NCBI GenBank assembly: GCA_963664825.1
Contig: OY761614.1
Span: forward strand, 3,072,001-3,136,000
Direction of reading: 5' to 3'
From: an uncultured Holophaga sp.
GTDB taxonomy: Bacteria; Acidobacteriota; Holophagae; Holophagales; Holophagaceae
DNA length: 64,000 bases
Positions 13,316 to 22,855 of this stretch are shown one piece after another. Below the pieces are notes generated by a model that saw only the letters and a list, made by a program, of their open reading frames with translations, was not told where the DNA came from and searched no databases. How positions within the stretch are numbered: position 1 is the first letter of the stretch; each line of letters starts with the position of its first letter. The position numbers and the translations under genes were made by a program.

Positions 13316-14823
13316 CAGAGGCCTCCCAGGGTGCGCTGGCGGTCGGTGGTGTCTTCCTGGAGGGCCCCGTTTTCGGGAATCCAGAGGGTTACGCTGGTGC
13401 CCTCCCCCTCCTCGCTGGCGACCTCCAGGGAACCGCCGTGCTCCTCGACGATCTTCTTGACGGTGGCCATGCCCAGGCCCGTGCCCTTGGTTTTCCCATG
13501 GCTGAAGAAGGGCTCGAAGATGTGCTTCTGGATCTTGCGAGGGATGCCCTTGCCGTTGTCCTGCACCGTGATGCGGAGATCTCCCTGGCTGGATGACCAG
13601 GAGACCAACACCTTGCCGTTTGCGCGCTCAGTCAGGGCGTCCAGGCTATTGGCCAGCAGGTTTTCCAGGACCCGGGCAAAGCGGTAACGGTCGAGGTTCG
13701 CCTTGCAGGCAGGGCCTTCGCAGCGGATGGACGCGCCGATCTCGCTGGCCCGGGATTTCAGGGAATCGGCCATTTCGTTCAAGTAGTCGCAGAGATCCAC
13801 CTCCTCGCGGTGGGGCTCCCGCACCTTCGAATAATCCACCACATCGCCGCTGAGCTGCGTCAGCCGCTCCACGGCCGCTAGTATCTGGGAGGCATGGTGC
13901 AGCAGCTTCTCGTCCTGAGTGAGGGATTGGATCATCTGGGCGTGGCCTGAAACCACGAAGAGGGCGTTCTTGAAATCGTGGACGATGGAACTGGCCACTT
14001 GACCCACGGTGGCCAGTACCTGGTTGTGCAGATTGTTCTCGGCCAGCCGGGTGCGCTCGATGGCGATGGCGCAGAGCGAAACGATGGCCTCGAAGGTGGC
14101 GCGGTCCACGGGTTCCGTCACGATGCGGCGGCTATCCATATAGGCCACGCCGATGCAGGTGGCCTGGACCACCAGAGGGAGGCAGAGGATGGTCTTGAGC
14201 TCGAGGTCCAGGATGGATTGCTGCGCCATCAGTTTTTCGTCGGAAGCCACGTTGTGGATCCAGATGGGCTCGCCCTTCTCGAAGACGCGGCGGACGCTGG
14301 ACATGGAGAGGTGGATATCCCGCTCCACCTGAGGGCTCAGGTTGCGCGCCACCTTGACCACCAGATCCCCCTCCTCGGGCAGCATGATGAACCCGCGGTC
14401 GGTATTGGAGAGGTTGAGGAGGCGGTCCAGGGTCTGCTCCAGCAGATCGTCGAGTTCCACCTGGCCCGTGAGCAGATGGGCAGTCTGCAGGATGGCCTGG
14501 AGATTCACTTCCGGCGCCATGGCCGTTTCGGAGCGCAGGGTCAGATAGTATGCCCCATCCGCTAGGCGTATCGTGGAGCCCGGTTCCCATTTGATGCGGG
14601 TGAGCCGCTCATCCTTGAAATAGCTGCCATGGGAGGAGCCCAGATCCTCCACCCACCACTCGTCGTCGATCTGTTCGATGCGGAGATGGTTGCGACTGAC
14701 CATGCTATCCGAGAGGATGATCTCGCACTGGCTCTGGCGGCCCAACGTTACCGAACGGCTGATGGGGACGGTCCGCTCGAAGCCGTGGCGGTCGCGAATG
14801 GAGATGGCGTGTCGCTCAGCCAC
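13315..14823 (-). CDS. FHA-GAF histidine kinase
   Basis: FHA (LGR..VSRNH..DLGSSHG), GAF, H-box IVHDFKN, HATPase (DNGKG, GTGLGM). Confidence 0.9.
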   Translation of the reverse strand: MAERHAISIRDRHGFERTVPISRSVTLGRQSQCEIILSDSMVSRNHLRIEQIDDEWWVEDLGSSHGSYFKDERLTRIKWEPGSTIRLADGAYYLTLRSETAMAPEVNLQAILQTAHLLTGQVELDDLLEQTLDRLLNLSNTDRGFIMLPEEGDLVVKVARNLSPQVERDIHLSMSSVRRVFEKGEPIWIHNVASDEKLMAQQSILDLELKTILCLPLVVQATCIGVAYMDSRRIVTEPVDRATFEAIVSLCAIAIERTRLAENNLHNQVLATVGQVASSIVHDFKNALFVVSGHAQMIQSLTQDEKLLHHASQILAAVERLTQLSGDVVDYSKVREPHREEVDLCDYLNEMADSLKSRASEIGASIRCEGPACKANLDRYRFARVLENLLANSLDALTERANGKVLVSWSSSQGDLRITVQDNGKGIPRKIQKHIFEPFFSHGKTKGTGLGMATVKKIVEEHGGSLEVASEEGEGTSVTLWIPENGALQEDTTDRQRTLGGL

Positions 14824-14966
14824 GGTGGACTCCCTGGGCGCATACTCGTATTTGATCAGTCTGGACGGACATGTTATTCAAGGCCCGACTACCAAGGTAG
14901 CGTGTCCGGGGCTGGACACAAGGCCGTCCTCTGTGCGGCAATGAAGTCGGAGCAAGGCTGAACGGC

Positions 14967-15986
14967 ATGGAATTCCAACGCAACCCCGATCTGGATCCCT
15001 CTGAACGCGAGGAGACTTTCGAATACTCGCTGCGTCCGCAGCGCCTGGGCGAATACATCGGCCAGGAGAAGGTGAAGGCGCGCCTCGAGATCGCCCTGAA
15101 GGCCGCGATCAAGCGTGGCGAGGTGCTGGATCACGTGCTGCTCTTCGGACCTCCGGGCCTGGGCAAGACGACCCTGGCCCATGTGCTGGCCAATGAGATG
15201 GGCGCGCCCTGCAAGGTGATTCAGGCCCCGGCCCTGGACAAGAAAGGTGACCTGGCGGCCATCCTGACGAATCTGGACGAGGGTGAATTCCTGTTCCTCG
15301 ATGAGATCCATCGCCTGGCTCCGGCCATCGAGGAGATGCTCTACTCGGCCATGGAGGATCGGAAGCTGGATATCCTCATCGGCCAGGGCCCCAGCGCCCA
15401 GACCCTGAAGGTGGATCTGCGGCCCTTCACCCTGGTGGGTGCCACCACGCGCGCCGGCCTCATCACCAAGCCCCTGCATGACCGCTTCGGCATGGTGCAT
15501 CGCCTGGACTACTACACCCGGGCCGAACTCAGCATCATCGCCAATCGGAGCGCCCGGGTGCTGGGTGTGGAGATGGCACCTGAAGCAGCGGAGGCCATCG
15601 CGCGGCGCTCACGCGGCACGCCGCGCATCGTGAACCGCCTACTGAGGCGCTGCCGCGACTACGCCGAGGTGAAGGGGCAGGGTGTCATCACCCTGGACAT
15701 CGCGGAGGCCTGTCTGCGTCTCCATGAAGTGGATGACCTGGGTCTGGATGGGCTCGACCGGGCCTATTTGGAGGCTCTCTGCGATAAATTCAAGGGGGGC
15801 CCCGTGGGCGTGCGCACCCTGGCTGCGGCCCTGGGTGAAGTGGAGGGGGACGCCCTGGAGGATCTGGTGGAGCCCTACCTCATGCAGATCGGCTTCCTGG
15901 ATCGCACGCCCCAGGGCCGTAGGGCGACCCTCGCGGCCTACGACTACCTGGGCGTGAAACCCAGCGCGGGGCCGCTCTTCGCCTGA
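14967..15986 (+). CDS. ruvB: Holliday junction branch migration ATPase RuvB
   Basis: GPPGLGKTT, LDEIHRL, GATTRAG, SRGTPR, EPYL, RTPQGR. Confidence 0.97.
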   Translation: MEFQRNPDLDPSEREETFEYSLRPQRLGEYIGQEKVKARLEIALKAAIKRGEVLDHVLLFGPPGLGKTTLAHVLANEMGAPCKVIQAPALDKKGDLAAILTNLDEGEFLFLDEIHRLAPAIEEMLYSAMEDRKLDILIGQGPSAQTLKVDLRPFTLVGATTRAGLITKPLHDRFGMVHRLDYYTRAELSIIANRSARVLGVEMAPEAAEAIARRSRGTPRIVNRLLRRCRDYAEVKGQGVITLDIAEACLRLHEVDDLGLDGLDRAYLEALCDKFKGGPVGVRTLAAALGEVEGDALEDLVEPYLMQIGFLDRTPQGRRATLAAYDYLGVKPSAGPLFA

Positions 15987-16161
15987 GCTGGGGCGTGCTC
16001 CGCTCCCGTCTATCGGACGACGCACGGCGTCGTCCTCCCGCTCGCCCGCTCCGCGGGCTCTCGGAGACGGGTCCCTCCACCAGGGCCGTAGGGCGACCCT
16101 CGCGGCCTACGATTACCTGGGCGTGAAACCCAGCGCGGGGCCTCTCTTCGCCTGAGTTGGG
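15911..16161 (+). repeat. ~82-bp direct repeat of the ruvB 3' end (15911-15992 and 16080-16161) flanking a palindromic spacer
   Basis: Direct comparison shows only 3 mismatches between the copies. Confidence 0.95.
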
Positions 16162-16660
16162 CGCTGGATCAGACCTTCGGCAGCGACAGAATCAGCAGTC
16201 CGAGGAGTGTGACCGCCACGGTGAATCCGTAGGCGCAGGAGACCATGGCGACCTTGAGGAGGCTCTTGGCCCAGCCCTGGCCGTGAATTCTCCGGAGGGA
16301 GGCGGCCAGATGCAGGGGCGGTAGCATGAAGAGGGCGAGGCCCGGGAGCGTGCCCCAGCAGGGCAAGGATCACGAGAAAGGAGAGGACGTGGTGGTGGAG
16401 GGAAAGGACTAGGTGATCCACGAAGAACGGTCTGCGGCGGATGTACAGGAGTTGGAGCATCGCTGCGAAGAGGGGCATGAGGAGGAAGAGGGCCTTGGAG
16501 AGATTGGATAGGAAGGCGTGCTGGAAGGCGCCGGGATCCTTGACGGCGGCCTGGATGCGGGCGTTGAGGTTCCTCGTCCAGGTCGGCTGGCCTGACATGT
16601 TCAGTTCGGGAGCGTCCATCTTCAGCGTCACTTGAGGGGCTGGTTCGGCGGTCTTTTTTT

Positions 16661-17990
16661 GGTTCTTCGCGGATTTGCGTGAAGTAGGTCGGCAGTGGCG
16701 GATTTCAGGCATCTTGGGTTTGTCGAGAACTCGAGATGAAGGAGGCCGCCACTGCCTACCAAAGAGCTTATGTCCCGCTTGGGCGGGTGGAAAGGGCAAC
16801 GCGTCGGAATCGTGGAGCGCTTCGAAGCCGGGGTGAAGGGGCCGCGGGCCGAGGTGTGGATCGAGTTGCTTGGGTTCGGCGATCATCCCCGGAAGTGCAG
16901 CGGTTGTGGGCATTTCGTGCGGAGCGTCCACAACTGGTCAGAGCGGGAGATCCGCGACCTTCCGCTGTTCGACGCCGACACAGTCCTAGTGGTGTGGCGG
17001 GCTCGAGTAGCCTGCCCCCGGTGCGGCCCGAAGCTGGAAGCCCTGGACTGGTTGGAGCCCCATGCCCGGATCACGAACCGGCTTGCCGCGAGCGTGGCGC
17101 GGCTTTGCAAGGTCATGCCCATCAAACAGGTCGCGGAGCACTATGACCTGCACTGGGGCACGGTGAAGGCGATCGACAAGGCTTACCTGGACCGAGAACT
17201 TGGGCCCGTGAAGCTGAGCAAGGCGAGGCTTCTTCTGATGGACGAATTCGCCATCCACAAGGGACAGAGCTATGCCACGGTCATCACGGATGCGGAAACG
17301 CGTCGCGTGCTCTGGGTCGGGAAAGGGCGTGGCCGCGAGGACATCCGCCCGTTCTTCGATCTGATCGGGAAGAAGGGCTGCAAACGGATCCAGGCCGTGG
17401 GCATAGACATGTCGGCGGCCTTCGAAGGCGAAGTCCGGGCGCGCTGTCCCAACGCCGAGATCGTCTACGACCAGTTTCATGTCGTGGCAAAGTACGGCCA
17501 TGACGTCATCGACCGGATCCGGGTGGATGAGGCCAATCGATACCGGCACGACAAGGCCTCGCGGGAGCTCGTCAAGGGCGCGAAGTGGCTCCTGCTGGGC
17601 AATTGGGAGAACCTGCCGAATCGGGATGCCAAAGTCCGCCTCAACGAGTTATTGGACGCGAACCAGCCTCTGATGACCGCCTACGTGCTGAAAGACGCCC
17701 TGAAGGCACTGTGGCGCTACACGCGGGAGGGCTGGGCTCTGAAGGCCTGGGAGAACTGGATGGAACTCGCCACCTCAAGTGGACTCCAGCCCCTCGTGAA
17801 GTTCGCCAAGAATCTCGCCCAGCGGATCGACGGAATCCTCTCCCATTGCCGCTGGCCGCTCAATACCAGCGTCCAGGAAGGGATCAACAACAAGATCAAA
17901 GTCCTCAAGCGCATCGCCTACGGCTACCGGGATGAGGGCTACTTCTTCCTTAAGATCCGTGCGGCCTTCCCCGGAAAAACGTGAAGAACC
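16661..17990 (+). mobile_element. ISL3-family insertion sequence (1330 bp)
   Basis: Imperfect terminal IRs GGTTCTTCGCGGATTT../..AAAACGTGAAGAACC; 8-bp target duplication CTTTTTTT at 16653-16660 and 17991-17998. Confidence 0.93.
16752..17984 (+). CDS. ISL3 transposase
   Basis: Zn-finger CxxC, MDEF, IDM, YDQFHVV, EGINNKIKVLKRIAYGYRD; probable CTG start at 16752 after GGAGG (first ATG 16770). Confidence 0.92.
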   Translation: MPTKELMSRLGGWKGQRVGIVERFEAGVKGPRAEVWIELLGFGDHPRKCSGCGHFVRSVHNWSEREIRDLPLFDADTVLVVWRARVACPRCGPKLEALDWLEPHARITNRLAASVARLCKVMPIKQVAEHYDLHWGTVKAIDKAYLDRELGPVKLSKARLLLMDEFAIHKGQSYATVITDAETRRVLWVGKGRGREDIRPFFDLIGKKGCKRIQAVGIDMSAAFEGEVRARCPNAEIVYDQFHVVAKYGHDVIDRIRVDEANRYRHDKASRELVKGAKWLLLGNWENLPNRDAKVRLNELLDANQPLMTAYVLKDALKALWRYTREGWALKAWENWMELATSSGLQPLVKFAKNLAQRIDGILSHCRWPLNTSVQEGINNKIKVLKRIAYGYRDEGYFFLKIRAAFPGKT

Positions 17991-18372
17991 CTTTTTTTCG
18001 CCTCCGGTATGGATCATCGCGAAGGCAGAAAAGAGCAGGAAGCTCGTGAAGATGTATAGGCGGAAGGGGGGGACGTAGCGGTTGCGCCGCCCGTCCAGGT
18101 AGGCGAGGGTGAGCAGTCCTGGCTTGAACACCAGGAGGCGCAGGGTCTCGAACACCTTGTGGTCGAAGTGCCAGATATCGTGGAGCACATCGTGGAATAG
18201 GGCCTTCATCGGAAGGCGGCGAGGCTGGTCCCTCTGTCCGCAATGGTGGCAGAAGGCCCCCTGCAATTCCGTGGCGCAGTTGAGGCAGGGTCGCGGAGGC
18301 GCGGCGTCCGTCATCAGATCTCCTGGAGATGTGTCCTCATGGGTATGCCGTCTTGACCAGGGTGTGGCCGCC

Positions 18373-19743
18373 TCAGTGCGCGGTCTGCCCCGCTCTCGCG
18401 TGCCAGAGGCGGGTCATGATGAAGGCGCCGATGAAACAGAAGGGGATGATGCAGCCCACCCAGACCCAGGCATTGCCAGGAATGTGTCCGCGGGTGGCGA
18501 TGCCATCCCATCCATAGTTCCGGAGAATCCAGCCCAGGCCGAAGCCCGTGAGGCCGCTGCCCACGTACTGGATGCCATCCAGGGCGCCGGCCACGGTGGC
18601 CGCGGCTTTGCGCCCGCCGAAGTCCATGCTGGCCGTGCCACTGAGCATGCCGTGGACGCCGAAGATGAACATGGCCGTCAGACCCAGCAGACAGACAGCC
18701 CAGATCTGGCCGCCGAGGGTACCGCGTCCGAAGGAGAAGCCCAGCAGGGTTAGCATGACGATCTGGAAGAGGTAGAATACGAAGGCCACGGGGGGGCGTC
18801 GGGACTGGAAGAGCCTGTCGCTCATCCAGCCGCAGAGGAGGCCGCCCAGGATGCCTCCCACCATGAAAACCACGCCCGTGGCCCAGAAGAGGGCTGGCTG
18901 CCAGCCCAGGATATGGAGTTTGGGGAAGACCTTGGTGATTCCGTAGACCTCGCCCAGGTATTCGGTGAAGTAGAGCATCACGCCCTGGCGCACGAAGCCC
19001 GTGCAGAATTCCGCGCAAATGAGGGCCACGACGATGGGGTTCTGGAAGACCCTTCGCATCAGGTCGCCCCAGGGCAGGGGCTTGTCTTCGGCCAGGTGGG
19101 CATTGCTGCCATCGCCGGTGTCGAAATCCGGGAATCCCGCGTGGCTGGGGCGGTTGCGCACCATCAGGTAGTCCACCAGGCACATCACGGCCATGGCGGC
19201 GGCGGGGATGATCCAGATCATCGTCCAGTGGAAGCGCGACAGGATCCAGGCGCCCACGGTGGTGGCCAGGAAGTACCCGCTGGAGATCATGATGCCGAAG
19301 ATGCCCCCGAAGATTCCGCGCTCATGCACATGGAACCAAGTGCTGTTCACCTTCACCACGGAGAGGGCGCCGAAGCTCTGAAAGTACATATTCACGCTCC
19401 AGAGCAGGCTCATGGAGATCAGCAGCTTGGTGGTGTGGCCATTGAGGAACATCAGGCCGATGAGCAGGTTCATGAGCGCGCCGCCCGCCGCGCCCACGAG
19501 GATGGCCTTCCTCCCCCCGAAGCGGTCGGCCAGGGGGCCGTTCAGCGCCACGGCCAGACCGTAGGTCCAAAAGCCTGCCGTGGCGATCCAGCCCATCTGC
19601 AGCTTGTCCAGGTGGTACCAGGCTCCGATATCGTTCTTCACGACATTGAAGTTATAGCGGCCCATATAGAGGGTCGCGTAGGTCATACCCAGGGGAAACC
19701 AGTTCAAAAATCGACGAAAACGAAAGGCATTGCTATGGTTCAC
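18373..19743 (-). CDS. MFS transporter, GlpT/UhpT (OPA) family
   Basis: ~12 TM; YMGRYNF, GPLADRFGGR, WFHVHERG, GWMSDRLF, AGALDGIQYVG. Confidence 0.85.
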   Translation of the reverse strand: MNHSNAFRFRRFLNWFPLGMTYATLYMGRYNFNVVKNDIGAWYHLDKLQMGWIATAGFWTYGLAVALNGPLADRFGGRKAILVGAAGGALMNLLIGLMFLNGHTTKLLISMSLLWSVNMYFQSFGALSVVKVNSTWFHVHERGIFGGIFGIMISSGYFLATTVGAWILSRFHWTMIWIIPAAAMAVMCLVDYLMVRNRPSHAGFPDFDTGDGSNAHLAEDKPLPWGDLMRRVFQNPIVVALICAEFCTGFVRQGVMLYFTEYLGEVYGITKVFPKLHILGWQPALFWATGVVFMVGGILGGLLCGWMSDRLFQSRRPPVAFVFYLFQIVMLTLLGFSFGRGTLGGQIWAVCLLGLTAMFIFGVHGMLSGTASMDFGGRKAAATVAGALDGIQYVGSGLTGFGLGWILRNYGWDGIATRGHIPGNAWVWVGCIIPFCFIGAFIMTRLWHARAGQTAH

Positions 19744-19774
19744 GGCGACTCCAAGGGGCGCTGTTCTATCGACT

Positions 19775-19820
19775 AGCCTAGAACAGGACCCAGTGACACT
19801 CCAGTGACGAGCACGTGACA
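19775..19820 (-). promoter_or_regulatory. Pho-box-like triple direct repeat plus -10 for the MFS gene
   Basis: Minus strand TGTCAC-N5-CGTCAC-N5-TGTCAC (11-bp period), then TAGGCT 12 bp downstream. Confidence 0.6.
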
Positions 19821-20049
19821 GCCTGCCGGTGTGATGCGGAGCACCGCCTGTCTTATCTCGTCGGTATGTTCTTCACTAGGCCATTCAGGTCATCGACCCG
19901 CCATCAGGATGGCAGCCAATCTCGCGGTTTCCAGCCTAAGGATTTGCAAGGATTCAGTCTTGACAAAAATTTATGGGGGGGGAAACTCGCACATCATTGT
20001 GGAATATTTATGAGTTTGCATGTCTTGCGATCCCGCTTCATGGGCTGTT

Positions 20050-21204
20050 ATGGAGATTGAGTCCCCGCGTCTTCGCCTGCTTTACACGCTTTGCCTCGCC
20101 ACACTATTCCAGGTGAGTCTTGGCGCCCAGGTCCTCCTGTCCAATGAGCCAGGTCAATGGGTCCAGGGGCAATTTGCCCACCATGAATTCGACGCAAACG
20201 TGGTGACCGTCCTGGATGAGGAAAACAGGGTCGTGAAGGAGATCAAGCTTCCCTCTTGGGGAAACATGAAAGTTATATCAGAGGGCGGCACCCCCCTCCC
20301 TGCCTCTGGGCCCAGGTTCGGAAGCCCGTATTCATGGGAAGACTCCTGGCACATCGTGCGTTATTGCAGGAATCCCCAAGATCCGAAGCGAGTGCAGGTC
20401 GAGCTCCTGGCACAACAGCAGGGCGAGTGGCATCCAGAGGCGACCGTGACTCTCTCCGGGGGGGCTGAGGTGTTCCCCTTCGGTGCGACGCGCTATCTGC
20501 TCATTACCCGGACGCCGCTACCCCAAGGGGTCTCTGCCAAGTGGTCGCCCTTCCAGGTATTCCGGCGCAACGCTAAGGATCAGTTGGAATTCGATAGTGT
20601 ATTGGATCCTGAGATCCCGGGTACCCGCGAACAGGAACTGCGAATGGAATCCATCGCCTTCGTCCCCGTCCTGACCGATTCCCACTTGATCGTGATTTCG
20701 CCGCATCGGGGTCGGCTCTGGGCCTTCAATCTCGCCAAGGGCCGCCTGGAGCGAACCCGGGATCTCTTCACCCTGCCGCCCATCCGTGTTCGCAACGCCT
20801 TCGGTCCCTTGCCCACCTATCCCATCGTGCTCAACGCATTTCCCAATGCCGATGGTACGCTCACCCTGATGGGCCGGAGCGAACGTGCGGTTGAAGAGAC
20901 CGCAGCTGAAACGGAACGTCTCTTGTTCCAGGGACACATGACCTTCGAGGCGACAGCCAAGGATCAAAAGGCCTTGGCACATGCCCGATTCCAGCAGGAA
21001 GAGGATCGTGTCTTCGGCAACAATCCCATCCTGCAGTGGTGGACATTCGATCCCACTACCGGGCAGCTGAAACGCCTGGAGAGCGCCCCTGTGGGAGGCG
21101 TGGACATGCTGCACACCCAGAAGGAGATGGAGGCCTTTCGGGTCCGCCCCCTTCCTAACGGGGATCTGGTGCCCCTCCGACCGATGCTGGATGCAAAGCC
21201 CTGA
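20050..21204 (+). CDS. hypothetical secreted protein
   Basis: Long ORF, signal-peptide-like N-terminus (LLYTLCLATLFQVSLGAQ), beta-rich; start uncertain (20020 or 20050). Confidence 0.7.
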   Translation: MEIESPRLRLLYTLCLATLFQVSLGAQVLLSNEPGQWVQGQFAHHEFDANVVTVLDEENRVVKEIKLPSWGNMKVISEGGTPLPASGPRFGSPYSWEDSWHIVRYCRNPQDPKRVQVELLAQQQGEWHPEATVTLSGGAEVFPFGATRYLLITRTPLPQGVSAKWSPFQVFRRNAKDQLEFDSVLDPEIPGTREQELRMESIAFVPVLTDSHLIVISPHRGRLWAFNLAKGRLERTRDLFTLPPIRVRNAFGPLPTYPIVLNAFPNADGTLTLMGRSERAVEETAAETERLLFQGHMTFEATAKDQKALAHARFQQEEDRVFGNNPILQWWTFDPTTGQLKRLESAPVGGVDMLHTQKEMEAFRVRPLPNGDLVPLRPMLDAKP

Positions 21205-21284
21205 AGTTTGTGGCTAAGGCTGTGTTTGGAGAATGGCACCTAAGCCGTTAGCCTGAGAACCTCTCATATCGTTCGGAGGAAGCA

Positions 21285-22310
21285 ATGCCTGTCGTCAACC
21301 CCGCCCAGTACGTCAAGATGTTGGAGAAGGCCAAACAGGAGAAGTTCGCCTACCCCGCCTTCAATGTCACCTCCACCGAGACCGCCAATGCCGTGCTGCT
21401 GGGCCTCAAGACCGCGGGCAGCGATGGCATCGTCCAGATCAGCACCGGCGGCGCCGAGTTCATGAGCGGCCTGGGGGTGAAGGACATGGCCAAGGGCGCC
21501 ATCGCCCTGGCCGACTACGTGCGCTACATGTCCCAGTACTACGATGTGAACGTGGCTCTCCATACGGACCACTGCCATCCCAAGTACCTCGAGGGCTTCG
21601 TGCTGCCCATCATTGCCGAGACCGAGCGCCGCCGCGCCGCGGGGCAACCCAATGTCTTCAACGCCCACATGTTCGATGGCTCCGAGTTGGCCCTGGCCGA
21701 AAATATCACCCGGTCCTCGGAACTGCTCCGGCGCTGCGCCGCCAGCGAGATCATCCTGGAAGTGGAAATCGGCGTCGTGGGTGGCGAAGAGGACGGTCAC
21801 GACACCAGCCATGTGGGCAAGGAAAAGCTCTACACCACCCCTGAGGACATGGTGGCCGTGCATAAGACCCTCGGTCCCCTGGGCCGCTACATGCTGGCGG
21901 CCACCTTCGGTAACGTCCATGGGGTCTACAAGCCGGGCAACGTGGTGCTCAAACCCACCATCCTGCGGGATGGCCAGGCCGCCATCGCCAAGGCCTGCGG
22001 CGGCGCCCAGTCCCTGCTGGTCTTCCACGGCGGTTCGGGCTCCAGCCTTGAGGAGATCCACGAGACTCTGGACTACGGCGTGGTGAAGATGAATATCGAC
22101 ACCGACACCCAGTATGCCTTCACCCGCGCCATCGCCGACCACATGTTCAAGAACTACGATGGTGTGCTCAAGGTGGATGGCGAAGTGGGCAACAAGAAGG
22201 TCTTCGACCCCCGCCCCTACATGAAGAAGGCCGAGCAGAGCATGGCCGATCGTGTCGTCCGCGCCTGCCAGGATCTGCGCTGCGCCGGCAAGGCCATGGG
22301 CAGGATCTGA
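21285..22310 (+). CDS. fbaA: fructose-bisphosphate aldolase class II
   Basis: HTDHC, HMFDGS, EIGVVGGEEDG, FGNVHGVY, VFHGGSG, KMNIDTD. Confidence 0.96.
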   Translation: MPVVNPAQYVKMLEKAKQEKFAYPAFNVTSTETANAVLLGLKTAGSDGIVQISTGGAEFMSGLGVKDMAKGAIALADYVRYMSQYYDVNVALHTDHCHPKYLEGFVLPIIAETERRRAAGQPNVFNAHMFDGSELALAENITRSSELLRRCAASEIILEVEIGVVGGEEDGHDTSHVGKEKLYTTPEDMVAVHKTLGPLGRYMLAATFGNVHGVYKPGNVVLKPTILRDGQAAIAKACGGAQSLLVFHGGSGSSLEEIHETLDYGVVKMNIDTDTQYAFTRAIADHMFKNYDGVLKVDGEVGNKKVFDPRPYMKKAEQSMADRVVRACQDLRCAGKAMGRI

Positions 22311-22330
22311 CAGGATCTGTCCTAGATGAA

Positions 22331-22391
22331 ATGCACCAGGAGAGTCGGGGCGCTTTGTGGCGCCCTTACTCTCCTGGTGCATCTGCTTTTT
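22331..22391 (+). terminator. intrinsic terminator after fbaA
   Basis: ATGCACCAGGAGAGT...ACTCTCCTGGTGCAT stem followed by a T-run. Confidence 0.7.
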
Positions 22392-22415
22392 GAATTCGAA
22401 ACCGCTTCAGCTATT

Positions 22416-22805
22416 TCAACGCTCCAGGAGGATGCCGGGCTCCGGGGACTCGGGCTTGTAGTAGGCCAAGTGGCCCGGAATGCAGGATAGGATCGCTCCA
22501 TATTCGTGCATGCAGATTAGGTTGAGGGCCTCCCGCAGGGGCAGTTCCCGGCCATCAGCCTTCAGGCCGTCCACCATCACGTGGCAGGTGGGACCGGCCC
22601 CCTTGGTCCTGAGGAGCTTCTCCAATTCGTCGGGGAAATCCTGATCACCGGGTATTTCCAGGGCGAATTCAGGCATGTAGGGCAGCGTCTGGCTCATGCG
22701 CTCGAGCTGCTCTTTACGCTTCCTGGGGGCGGTGAGGGCTTGGATGAACCTCGCCCGTTTCTCGGAGAGGATGAAGGCCTTGGTGAACGCTGCTTCGTGA
22801 TCCAT
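22416..22805 (-). CDS. hypothetical protein
   Basis: ORF with typical codon bias, MDHEAAFTKAFILSEKRARF... Confidence 0.65.
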   Translation of the reverse strand: MDHEAAFTKAFILSEKRARFIQALTAPRKRKEQLERMSQTLPYMPEFALEIPGDQDFPDELEKLLRTKGAGPTCHVMVDGLKADGRELPLREALNLICMHEYGAILSCIPGHLAYYKPESPEPGILLER

Positions 22806-22855
22806 GAGGGGAGGTGACTCCAAAGGGCCACCGGGGGAGTGGAACCAGATGCAGT

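Larger units (their letters stand above)
16169..18314 (-). pseudogene. DUF3667-like Zn-ribbon membrane protein, split by ISL3 and frameshifted
   Basis: N-terminus CLNC..FCHHCGQR..PGLLTLAYLDGRRNRYVPPFRLY; removing the IS and one TSD restores ..GGEKK-TAEPAPQ.. in frame; second frame change near 16360-16370. Confidence 0.85.

Noticed and set aside
22301..22319. Tandem CAGGATCTG at the fbaA stop
   Set aside because: Only two 9-bp units; trivial
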